A stretch of DNA of 64,000 nucleotides from Candidatus Poribacteria bacterium (GTDB lineage: Bacteria; Poribacteria; WGA-4E; WGA-3G): NCBI GenBank assembly GCA_963665235.2, contig CAXXLX010000001.1, positions 672,001 through 736,000 on the forward strand. Direction: 5' to 3'. This document shows positions 51,076 through 60,544 of this stretch, one piece after another. Both the position numbers and the translations under genes were made by a program. How positions within the stretch are numbered: the stretch's first letter is position 1; each line of letters begins with the position of its first letter. The notes beneath the pieces were generated by a model. The model did not search any database, had not been told where the DNA came from, and saw only the letters and a program-made list of their open reading frames with translations.

Positions 51076-53328
51076 TCAATCAATTGAAATCTCCTCAGTT
51101 GAATGCACAAACAACACGTCATTCACACCTTCATACCGGAGGAGTATGTCCCTTAACTTGTCGGAACGGAGGTCTTCCTGTGTTAATCCGAGGATGATGA
51201 GGTCGGCTTGGGCGGAGCGGTATATCACCTCCTGCTCTAAATCTTCCGCGTCTTCATAAGAGATAGAGGTGACATTTTGTGCTGAAATCGGCAGGCGTCC
51301 CTCTTTGATTAAGGTTGCTAGCTCGTCTTCTGCCTCCCGTTCAGTATCGGTGGCACTGGTGCATGCGAAAAGTTGAATTTTAGCGCGTTTCCACTGTGGG
51401 TGGCCGACAATAATATATGCAAGCAATAACATCATCGGTGTGTTTGCTAAGTTCTCCTCTGTTACCCAGATATGAATTGAGGAGTGGTAGCCGAATCGGT
51501 ATTTCGTTGAGCGCAGGATAAGGAGATTGAACAGGGACTCTACGGTGAGGCGAGCTCCCAGCTCAATTTCGCTAATCTCCTCCGGTTCAGCCTCGTCGAA
51601 TTCAAGGAGGATACAATTGTTGGCGAGCCCGGAGATTCCTGGCATTTGCAATACTTGCGTCAAAGCCCCTTGGAAGGTCGGACTAATAAGCGAATCGACA
51701 AAAACGCCTGCTCCGCTGACCTCTGTCTGCTGGACCAGTTCTTCAACGGAGATGCGCGCTTCAATTTCGCTAAGAAAAGAGTATTCCCCCTGGAAGAGTT
51801 GGATGAATTGTCCGAACCCGTGCCTATGACAGAGAAACCGGAGCAGGTCGAAGTGTCCGAGCCGGCGTTCACCGAATCGGTTTACAGCGACAATCGAGGG
51901 GCGCCATCCCGCTTCGGATAGGTTCGCTCGACTTTTCTGTGAGGTAATATGTAGCCACCGGGTGAGTTGGAACATCGTGCCTTGGAATATCGCCGCTAAA
52001 CCGCGCTGTTCCTTGTGCGTCCGCCGAAGTCCGAGATAAATACTCCCCATTAGAAAGATGGCGATGGATGCGTAGAGGACGCTTATTTGAATCATCATAA
52101 AACCGCACATCACGGCACCTAACAGCGACACGTACCAGCGGGAGTGAAAGGTCGGACGGTAAGAGGGGCTGCCGGCGAAATGCTCAAGGAACGAGACAAG
52201 ACAGAGCGCACCATAGGTCACTATGAAAAACATCGTGAGGATTTGTGCAATTAAATCCAGTTCTCCGATGGCGACGAAAACTAACGCAATCGCACCGGAT
52301 AGACAGGTCGCATTTACCGGTTCTTTCCGTTTCCCGGTACCTTTTGCCATTAAACGGTTCAGCGGCGGAAACGGCATCACCTTATCACGTGCAAGGGCTT
52401 GAAGCGTTCTAGGTGCCACCATAATTGAACCGATGGCGGAGGAGAGGGAGGCCGCGCCCAATCCGATGTAAATTGCGGGCCCCCATAGGGCGATTTTTGT
52501 CATGATAAAATTATCCTCGGCGAGGTCTGTGGGGATTGCACTCCGGTCAAGTTTAATAGCAACCAAGATGTATACAATCATGCCCGTGACAGTTGCAACG
52601 ATGGTGCCGAGCGGAATACTTCTTTGCGGATTCTTCAAATCCCCCGACAATCCTAGCCCGGCGGTCATGCCGGTAAAGGCGGGAAAACACGTTGCGAAAA
52701 TTATGCCGAAAGCATCAGGGTTTTCAATCGGGGTCAAGGCATTGGTAGCATCCGGGTCTATTGTGGTTTTGCCGAATAGGAAGGTGATAATCGACAACCC
52801 AAGTATCATACTTACTGCCCACAGCACCCCTACGCCGAGGTCAGCACCTTTTGTTAGCATCAGAACGAGGAGCAGCAGGATACAAGGAATGCTTATATAG
52901 CGAGAGTCAATTTCCAATTGATGTGTGGTTTCAAGCCAACTATAGAGCGGTTGAAAAGCTTCCGAGAAGGCGACTATATAAAATGCAACAGAGATGGCTT
53001 CCGAAAGATATAGCGCAATTCCGATTGCACCACCGATGCTTGTCCCGAACGAACGGCTCACAATATAGTAGGCACCGCCACCTGCCACCCGACGGTTCGT
53101 GGCTATCTCAGCCACTGCCAATGCTGTGGGAATTGTCACCAGATGACCGAGCCCGATAATCGCAAGGCTCCCCCAAAGCCCAGCGTGCCCGACTGCATAA
53201 CCGAAACGCAAAAACAGGATGGCACCGAGAATAGTGTTAATTGCGGCTAAAAAGACAGGCGCGGTGCCAAACCCGTGCTCCTGTTCATGAGAATCCGCAG
53301 CGCGGTTTCCGTTGGACTTTGAGGACAT
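51076..53328 (-). CDS. APC-family cation-chloride cotransporter-like permease
   Basis: ILGAILFLR, GGGAYYIVSRSFG, FPAFTG..AG...SGDLKNP. Confidence 0.88.
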   Translation of the reverse strand: MSSKSNGNRAADSHEQEHGFGTAPVFLAAINTILGAILFLRFGYAVGHAGLWGSLAIIGLGHLVTIPTALAVAEIATNRRVAGGGAYYIVSRSFGTSIGGAIGIALYLSEAISVAFYIVAFSEAFQPLYSWLETTHQLEIDSRYISIPCILLLLVLMLTKGADLGVGVLWAVSMILGLSIITFLFGKTTIDPDATNALTPIENPDAFGIIFATCFPAFTGMTAGLGLSGDLKNPQRSIPLGTIVATVTGMIVYILVAIKLDRSAIPTDLAEDNFIMTKIALWGPAIYIGLGAASLSSAIGSIMVAPRTLQALARDKVMPFPPLNRLMAKGTGKRKEPVNATCLSGAIALVFVAIGELDLIAQILTMFFIVTYGALCLVSFLEHFAGSPSYRPTFHSRWYVSLLGAVMCGFMMIQISVLYASIAIFLMGSIYLGLRRTHKEQRGLAAIFQGTMFQLTRWLHITSQKSRANLSEAGWRPSIVAVNRFGERRLGHFDLLRFLCHRHGFGQFIQLFQGEYSFLSEIEARISVEELVQQTEVSGAGVFVDSLISPTFQGALTQVLQMPGISGLANNCILLEFDEAEPEEISEIELGARLTVESLFNLLILRSTKYRFGYHSSIHIWVTEENLANTPMMLLLAYIIVGHPQWKRAKIQLFACTSATDTEREAEDELATLIKEGRLPISAQNVTSISYEDAEDLEQEVIYRSAQADLIILGLTQEDLRSDKLRDILLRYEGVNDVLFVHSTEEISID

Positions 53329-53351
53329 AATGAATACCCCTTTTCATAGTT

Positions 53352-55331
53352 TTAGAATTTTCCAAAAACGCGTACGAAAATTTCCATAAAATTCTGGTCA
53401 TTGACTTCGCCCACTGCACGCTGATCGATGTACCGTGCCCCGATGTGTAGAAAAAGTTGTTTCCGATAGGCGAGGAAACTTTTTTCCATTTCAGCTAGTA
53501 GGGCTTGACGCACAAAATCGTTATCGTTTACTAACATATCATTGAATAAGAGAATCTGTCCGCCCCCAGTAAGTTTGATAGTCTTCGTGAACTGATAGAC
53601 AACTTTCAGAATGAATGCGGAAGCCATATCGCGCACATAAGCCCTTTCAATCTGGCGTAATCGGAGGCGGCGTGAAATGAATTCGCCATCAATTTCTGCA
53701 GCAAAAGCTAGGTCTACAAGGCGGTCCTCCGCCATCCTGAAACCGTTGCGCACAGTATATTTGAACATCGGGCTAATTTCCAATGACTTGGAGGGCCGCA
53801 GGCGGTACAAGGTTTTGAAAATACCGACTTCGTAATGTTCATTATCCCTATCAAAATCGATGTCGTATTGCAGCTTAGCGCGGGCGGTTGTGATCATTCG
53901 GTCAATCCCGTGATATTCCCAAGTGATTTTAGCAGTGTTAATTAGGTCGTTTTGCATCAGTAGCGGGTCTTTACGGCGTTTTTCTACTTCGGTGCCCCCC
54001 TCAACCCCGAAGAATTGCAGGTCTCCCGCTGCTTCCATTTGTTGAATTTCCGGGTCAGAACGATAGAGACGTTCATTTTGTCTGCCCAGAAATCCAGCAA
54101 AATACCATGTTTCATCAGGGATGCTATCCTTAACGAGTTTGAGTTCGTTCTCGAAAATAAGTGAGGAGGCTCTTTCGAGGCGGCGTTTGTAAACCGTGTT
54201 AACGAACCCCTTTTTTGAAGATGGAGTATCTCGGAATCTTAGGTTTTTTTCGACCTGTAGACCGATGTCCAGATCGAGGGTTCCCGTATCCCGTTTCATC
54301 TTACGGTTCATCAAAAGGCGTATACCTTTCAATCCGATGTCAAATTCGTAATTCGGTTCCTTATCATTTTCTTCCTCGTCCCTGATGCCGTTGTTGTTCC
54401 GGTCGCTTTCATCTAGGAAATCCTCATCGACATCAAAGAGCAGGATGTCGTCTTCATAATCGAAGGTACCGTTGTTATTCTTATCCAGGTCCCCTGGAAT
54501 AATCAGAGAAGGCGGGTCAGCAAACGTGTTATCGGTGTATCTGTCCTGGTCATCGTTATCGCCGACTGCGTGGTCAGCATCGAATCGGGGTCCAACGCGG
54601 AACGCCTCTGCTTGAAAGAGCGTGTCGCCGACAGTTCGGAACGCCTTGAAGACGGTTGTTGTTGCATCAAAACGTGCACGTGCATTTTTTCCCAACGCGC
54701 TTTTAGGCGTTACCGCAACCTCCGCTTTCACCCCGTAGTTGGTGAAATTGGTTTCCATATCCACTGACCATACGGGGGTTCCCCGGAAATACCAGGAGAG
54801 CCCTAACTGTGACTTACCAAACTTCGTGACTTGACGTAAACCGATGCCCGACCCCTCTGTTTGTGATTCTTGACCGTTCAGACGGTTGAGGGTGCCTGGA
54901 ACCATGAGAATTGTCCAATCGGTGCGGTTAGAACGCACCTCCCAACGGATACCGTCCAAATCGATTCGATCGAAGGTGAACTTCGTGAAAGTGGTCGGGA
55001 CTTCACCAAGGCTGAGGATATTTTTGACACCGCCGGCGGTTTCCTCTATCACCATAACGCTATGAAAACCGCGGCGAAAGAGCCGGTCAAAATCAAAATT
55101 GTCTTTCCGTATACGTTCCTCCTCTGTGTCAGCGAGGAAGTTGCGTCTATTTGTGAAATCGTATTCAACACGTCCGGACAAAAACAATTTGCCGAATAGA
55201 CTGTAGACATCCTCTGCTTCACTCCAGCTGGCGAAAAAACAGCAGAGCCCGACGAGCATAGACACTAGAAAACATTTAACGTAAGAACGGCGAGGACTCA
55301 ACCGTTTTAAAGGGGCTGTTTTTGTGTCCAT
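53352..55331 (-). CDS. hypothetical exported protein, probable outer-membrane beta-barrel with Ca-binding loops
   Basis: Signal peptide; DNDDQD, DKNNNG, DRNNNG motifs; C-terminal amphipathic strand ending in F. Confidence 0.65.
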   Translation of the reverse strand: MDTKTAPLKRLSPRRSYVKCFLVSMLVGLCCFFASWSEAEDVYSLFGKLFLSGRVEYDFTNRRNFLADTEEERIRKDNFDFDRLFRRGFHSVMVIEETAGGVKNILSLGEVPTTFTKFTFDRIDLDGIRWEVRSNRTDWTILMVPGTLNRLNGQESQTEGSGIGLRQVTKFGKSQLGLSWYFRGTPVWSVDMETNFTNYGVKAEVAVTPKSALGKNARARFDATTTVFKAFRTVGDTLFQAEAFRVGPRFDADHAVGDNDDQDRYTDNTFADPPSLIIPGDLDKNNNGTFDYEDDILLFDVDEDFLDESDRNNNGIRDEEENDKEPNYEFDIGLKGIRLLMNRKMKRDTGTLDLDIGLQVEKNLRFRDTPSSKKGFVNTVYKRRLERASSLIFENELKLVKDSIPDETWYFAGFLGRQNERLYRSDPEIQQMEAAGDLQFFGVEGGTEVEKRRKDPLLMQNDLINTAKITWEYHGIDRMITTARAKLQYDIDFDRDNEHYEVGIFKTLYRLRPSKSLEISPMFKYTVRNGFRMAEDRLVDLAFAAEIDGEFISRRLRLRQIERAYVRDMASAFILKVVYQFTKTIKLTGGGQILLFNDMLVNDNDFVRQALLAEMEKSFLAYRKQLFLHIGARYIDQRAVGEVNDQNFMEIFVRVFGKF

Positions 55332-55380
55332 ATTTTATCATTTTCCCAGAAAATCTTTTAGCGAAACCGATCTCCGGGGT

Positions 55381-58300
55381 TTACCTTAAAATATCCTCTG
55401 GTCCGTAAGATTCAGTGAAAGTCGTCCAAATTCCGGTGCGTTTATCGAGGCGGCTCAAGCCGCGATAGGTGCCGAACCAGACATACGTGCTGCCAATATC
55501 CATGGAAAGTATACCGTTATGGGCTAATCCCTCTTCGCGCGTGTAAGTTGTCCAGGTATTCGTCAACTGGTTGAACCTGCTGACACCTGCATTATAGGTG
55601 CCAATCCACACGTCTGTGCCATCAACCCCGATAGTGGTAACCTTGTTGCTTGCGAGTCCATCGTCTGTCGTATAGGTTTGCCAAACGTCCGAGGTCCCAC
55701 CGAGGACATCCTTAGTCTTTTCATTATAAAGCGTTACCCCTCGGTTGCTGCCAAACCAGACACGATTGCCATCAATTGCGATACAACTGACTTCATTGCT
55801 CACGAGTCCATCTTCGGTTTTGAGCGTTTTCCAGATGTCACGCCCGATATCATATCTGCTGACCCCGCGGCGCGTTCCGACCCAGACATGTTTCTGGCTC
55901 GCCGTGATACACCAAATTTCATCGGTAACTAATGATTCCGCGAACTCTTTGGATACAGCCGATGGTTGAATTGCAGAACCGGACGTATAAGCAATCCAAG
56001 CATTGAGGTCATCTGAAGTTCGCGGATATTTACCGAGCCCAGAATTCGTGCCTACCCAGATATTATTACCGTCAGTGCTAACAGATGTGACATTATTCGC
56101 GGGCAATCCGTGTTCAGTTTTGTATTGAGTCCAGCGAAGTGCAAGCTTATCAAAACGGTTTGCACCGTCTCGGGTGCCAACCCAAACATATTGCTGGTCA
56201 ACAACAATAGAGCTAACAGCGTTATCGGAGAGCATACCGCGTGATTTGGGGCGATGCCGATGCCAGTGCCCATTGTGTGTTGCTATCTCTTCTGCCCCCC
56301 CTGTCTGCTTATAGTTTTTCCATGTTCCTAAGACCATGTCGTACCGAGACAAACCGCTGTCTGTTCCGACCCATACAAAACGTTCGTCTGTATCCACAGT
56401 GCGGATGGTCCGTCCAGAAAGCGTTGGCAACGGTGGAAAAGGTGTCCAAGATTCTTTCTGTTTGTCATAACGGGAGAGCCCCCGTATCGTTCCAACCCAC
56501 ACATAGTTTTCGTCAACTGCCAGCGCGTATTCTCCTACATGATTATGCAGCAGCCCTTTGATGTCTTTAAACGTTGTCCATGTACCGGAGGCGAAATGAA
56601 AACGCCTGAGTCCATCGTTCGGTGCGGCTAACCAGAGCGAGTCACCGTCTGCAGCTAACTCAAGCGTCCCACGCCCTGACGTGATTGTCGTCCACTCCTT
56701 ATTGTGTCTGTCGTATCGGGTGACCACATTATCCCAAGGTCTGTATTGTATCCAAACATCGTTCTCTGTTGCGATGATGCGTCTAATGGTTTTGGCAGCG
56801 AGCACGTCATTGGTTGAAAACGTGGCCCATCTCTTTTCCTTTTTATCGTATCTTGACAACGGCCGGTTGCTGCCTCTATCGTGTTCGGAGCGGGCCACCC
56901 AAATGAAATCTTCATCAATCGTAATCCATTCGGTACCTCTCCCTGCTAACCCATCTCTCGGTGTGAATTCCTTCCATTCCTTCGTATCTTCATTGTACCG
57001 CGTGAGACTATGTCCGGACCCGAACCATACCTCCGGCCCATCAACAGCGAGTCCCCTTAGTCTTTCATGTTCCTCTCTCCTATCCGGTTGGGTGACAATC
57101 TCCCATGTGCCGGTTGCTTTATCATAACGGTTTAGAGCCATCCCAACCATCGGTATAATCCAGACGCTCTTTTCACTGACAGCAATTTTGTCGAGGTCGT
57201 CTACAGAGAGTCCATCTTTCATTGTAAAATGTTGCCACGTATCCAAGGCTTTATCATAGCGGAGGGCACCGAAGTCTGTTGTGAACCACACTGCGTCTTT
57301 ATCTACATACGTCCAGCGCAACGTTGTCATAGTTTTTTTCAGGGTAGAGTGGAAAATATCCAGACGTGTGAAACGTTGCCAGGTTTTTGTCGGCCGGTGA
57401 AACCGTAAAATACCCCCGTTCCGCGAAGTGCGCCAGTTGGAAAACCATACATAATCCCCATCGAATTTGATATGTGAAGTGCGGGTTTCAAGTAAGGGTT
57501 CGCGCACGGGTCGGGAGAGATGCGCCACCTCTTCGCCATTTTTCACAGCATATTCAATGAGCCCGGTAGCGGTCGCTAACCACAGTTTTCCGTTGTTATC
57601 ACAAACGATATCGCGAATGTTATACTGTTTTCCGAGGGAGTTCCATTTTCTAGTTGCAATCGTGTAACTTCGCATCCCCTGCGGTGTACCGACCCAAAGG
57701 ACACCCTCCCGATAAGCAAGGGCTGTGATATTAGCCGTAGTTAACTGTTCCTTAGCAGTGGGTTCTAAAGGTATAGGTATCCAACGCTGCTGCGTGCTGT
57801 CATATTTTGCGAGTCCTCCCTGTGTCCCTGCCCAAAGCGTCCTCTCCACGGAAAGCAGAACATTCACGTAAGGTTTCTGAAGTCCTTCGGCAATCCGATA
57901 CATCTGCTTATCCGCGATTGAATAGGACCACACCCCCTCTACGCCACCGAACCACACATTTCCATCATGAAAAAGGACAGACAATATCAGCGGGTTTTTG
58001 GGGGTATCGGGCAGTGGAAGGGACATCCATTTTTGGATTTTTGTGTCATACATCGCCGGGCCCGAGTTGGTGCCAAGATAGAGCTGTTCTTGAACGTTTG
58101 AATCCTGCTGCGCGGCAGCTACTGCTGTTACAAAGGCTTCGCCTTGTGTGGGAAAGTGAAAAGTCCACTGTCCGCCTGGGTATGTGCACGAACCGAGTCC
58201 TCGCGCTGTCCCAATCCAGATTTGCCTCGGGTTGGGTAACCCAACCCCTACACTCGTATGCGTGGCAACTTCACTGAAGTCGTTCTGTTGCAATTCGCTT

Positions 58301-59607
58301 GTGTGTGCTGCGACATGTACGGACATGACGTACGGGGTTGGCAGCCCATCCTCTTTAGAGATGACCTCCCAAGTCCGCGTGTGGGGGGTGTAAATTGAGA
58401 TACCAGCGACTGTCGCCATATAGAGGTTCCCATCAGCATCGTGCGTTATACCTCGGACATCGTTATCCGCCAAAAAATCTGCTTGTTTGTAACGTGTCCA
58501 GGCACCGGTAACCTTATCAAAGCGGCTGACTCCATCCTCTTTACTTGCAAACCAGACATTATCCCCCTGTGTCGTAATCCAACTGACATGATTACTAGAC
58601 AAACCATCTGCCTTTGTGTAATGCACCCAGGTATTGACCGGTTTGATGAAACGGTGCACACCTGCATTAGCAGTTCCGAACCAGACCTGAAACCCATCCG
58701 AGCGGATAGAGGTGATAAAATCGCTTTTCAACAGATCGGTTTTGGTATACGTTTTGATGAACGTCTGGTCGACCTGATTATATTGACTGACTCCCCTGTA
58801 TTGTGTACCGAACCAAACGCTGTTCTCATCTACAGCAATAGTGGCAATTTCGTTATCTATCAACCCATCCGATTTTGTGTAGTTATTCCAGGAGTCTGTA
58901 TCTCGGTGGTATCGACTAACGCCACCCTTGCTGAATCTCGGATCATCGTCCCATCCATGCGGGTCCGGATTTATTTCCCTATCCGTACCGACCCATACGT
59001 ACTCCGGTTCCACGGCGATAGTTGTAACCACTCTGCTAATTAAGCCATCTTTGCGGGTACGAACTGCCCAGCTGTCTATCGTTTTGTCGTACCGGTTCAA
59101 GCCGTTAGATGTGCCGAACCAGACATAGTTTCCATCCACAGCAATAGAGGACACCTGATCGCTTGCGAGCCCATCGGTACTCCGGAAGGTTGAAAAAGTA
59201 TCGGTATCGGTGTTATAGCGGCTCACACCTTCATCTGTAGCGAACCAGACCCATTTACCATCAACTGCAACGGCGTTCACGGTATCATTTGCCAATCCAT
59301 TTTCCATTGTGTAGTGGTGCCATGTGTTTTGGAGACGTTTCCAGCGCGAGACCCCTTTCTCCGTTGCCACCCATACGTTATCTGAATCCGCTGCAATACA
59401 GTTGACTTCGTTGCTGATAAGCGTCCGTTCTACAGGCCACGTCTTTTTGGGTTTTGAATTTGCAGGCGTTTCGGATTGCGGATCGGTGATTCCAAGGGGA
59501 CCACACCCTATAAGTAAAAGGAGGTATATTAGCAATAGTAGTGGCGATACAACTGAACGTTGGAATCGTTCAATACAGAAATCGTTTTCTTGTGCTTGTT
59601 TTATCAC
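55381..59607 (-). CDS. large multi-beta-propeller lipoprotein (Reg_prop-like repeats)
   Basis: LLIGC lipobox; many 'DGL..N.V..I..DG..VWFGT..GVSRYD' repeats. Confidence 0.85.
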   Translation of the reverse strand: MIKQAQENDFCIERFQRSVVSPLLLLIYLLLLIGCGPLGITDPQSETPANSKPKKTWPVERTLISNEVNCIAADSDNVWVATEKGVSRWKRLQNTWHHYTMENGLANDTVNAVAVDGKWVWFATDEGVSRYNTDTDTFSTFRSTDGLASDQVSSIAVDGNYVWFGTSNGLNRYDKTIDSWAVRTRKDGLISRVVTTIAVEPEYVWVGTDREINPDPHGWDDDPRFSKGGVSRYHRDTDSWNNYTKSDGLIDNEIATIAVDENSVWFGTQYRGVSQYNQVDQTFIKTYTKTDLLKSDFITSIRSDGFQVWFGTANAGVHRFIKPVNTWVHYTKADGLSSNHVSWITTQGDNVWFASKEDGVSRFDKVTGAWTRYKQADFLADNDVRGITHDADGNLYMATVAGISIYTPHTRTWEVISKEDGLPTPYVMSVHVAAHTSELQQNDFSEVATHTSVGVGLPNPRQIWIGTARGLGSCTYPGGQWTFHFPTQGEAFVTAVAAAQQDSNVQEQLYLGTNSGPAMYDTKIQKWMSLPLPDTPKNPLILSVLFHDGNVWFGGVEGVWSYSIADKQMYRIAEGLQKPYVNVLLSVERTLWAGTQGGLAKYDSTQQRWIPIPLEPTAKEQLTTANITALAYREGVLWVGTPQGMRSYTIATRKWNSLGKQYNIRDIVCDNNGKLWLATATGLIEYAVKNGEEVAHLSRPVREPLLETRTSHIKFDGDYVWFSNWRTSRNGGILRFHRPTKTWQRFTRLDIFHSTLKKTMTTLRWTYVDKDAVWFTTDFGALRYDKALDTWQHFTMKDGLSVDDLDKIAVSEKSVWIIPMVGMALNRYDKATGTWEIVTQPDRREEHERLRGLAVDGPEVWFGSGHSLTRYNEDTKEWKEFTPRDGLAGRGTEWITIDEDFIWVARSEHDRGSNRPLSRYDKKEKRWATFSTNDVLAAKTIRRIIATENDVWIQYRPWDNVVTRYDRHNKEWTTITSGRGTLELAADGDSLWLAAPNDGLRRFHFASGTWTTFKDIKGLLHNHVGEYALAVDENYVWVGTIRGLSRYDKQKESWTPFPPLPTLSGRTIRTVDTDERFVWVGTDSGLSRYDMVLGTWKNYKQTGGAEEIATHNGHWHRHRPKSRGMLSDNAVSSIVVDQQYVWVGTRDGANRFDKLALRWTQYKTEHGLPANNVTSVSTDGNNIWVGTNSGLGKYPRTSDDLNAWIAYTSGSAIQPSAVSKEFAESLVTDEIWCITASQKHVWVGTRRGVSRYDIGRDIWKTLKTEDGLVSNEVSCIAIDGNRVWFGSNRGVTLYNEKTKDVLGGTSDVWQTYTTDDGLASNKVTTIGVDGTDVWIGTYNAGVSRFNQLTNTWTTYTREEGLAHNGILSMDIGSTYVWFGTYRGLSRLDKRTGIWTTFTESYGPEDILR

Positions 59608-59631
59608 TTCTCCCTTTTCCTTTATAGGTTA

Positions 59632-59843
59632 TACCATTTTTATTAATTATTCTATCATTACCGATTGTTAGAAATGAAACGGAGAACGACCCAAACTGGA
59701 AGTTTATGCTACAATAAAGAGGCACAAACTGGAAGTTTATGCTACAATAAAGAGGCACAAACTGGAAGTTTATGCTACAATAAAGAGGCACAAACTGGAA
59801 GTTTATGCTACAATAAAGAGACATTTTCAATTTAGAAATGGTA
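59632..59843 (-). repeat. MITE copy C (complete) with 33-bp tandem array (4 cores)
   Basis: Same ends as copy B, TAA TSD; unit tagcataaacttccagtttgtgcctctttattg. Confidence 0.9.
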
Positions 59844-59853
59844 TTATATTATA

Positions 59854-60205
59854 CTATAGTTTGGACAATATCTGTCCGGTGGATCCCCGATTTTCAAAGC
59901 ATTTCTGATTTTTCTCAAAGTTGCTCACACACGGGCAACTTGTAGAAAATAGACTCGAATGCTCGGAAGCGCAGCCCCAGCGGGGCGGTATCTTTATAGA
60001 AAACCCAACCACACCACAACCTAGCCCCAGCGGGGCGGTATCTTTATAGATTTTACCCAAACCCCTCTTCTTTCCGCGTCCTCTGCGGCCTCTGTGCCTT
60101 CCGTGATTCAGACAACACAAGCAAACTCCACCCTTCCACCCTTCCACCCTTCCACCTATCCCTTTGACAATAACGTTACGCCCCCTAAAATTGTCCAAAG
60201 TTTAG
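59854..60205. mobile_element. MITE with 16-bp imperfect TIR and 9-bp TSD
   Basis: CTATAGTTTGGACAAT / ATTGTCCAAAGTTTAG; TATATTATA at 59845-59853 and 60206-60214. Confidence 0.75.
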
Positions 60206-60255
60206 TATATTATACCATGAAAAAAAACCGTACGAAAATTTCCATCAATGTCGCT

Positions 60256-60510
60256 CTATCCCACTTGAATCAGTTTGAACTTTGCGTTTGCCTCTTCTGC
60301 ACCGACGAAACGACTATAAATTGCAACATGGCTGAGCGTGCCTTCCCAATTCCTGCCGCCGCTTGCCTCATCGCCGAAAAGGAACGGATATAATGTCCAA
60401 TTGCTGAAGTCCCCCTGAATTCCGCTGCCGGTGTAGACCTGTTCTCCATCAATATAGCAGTAGATGTTCCCCGAAAAATAGCTGACGATGACGTGCATCG
60501 GTTTACCTGC
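60256..60510 (-). pseudogene. 3' fragment (LamG domain end) of the IS-interrupted gene
   Basis: AGKPMHVIVSY..YIDG..GDEASGGRNWEG.LSHVAIYSR joins in frame with ...GKIE at 62505. Confidence 0.85.
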
Positions 60511-60544
60511 GTGATACTCACAACGCCTAAAGGCGTGTGCTTCT

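Noticed and set aside
59972-60050. Two 28-bp repeats with a 22-nt spacer as a mini-CRISPR
   Set aside because: Only two copies, REP-like hairpin, located inside a MITE
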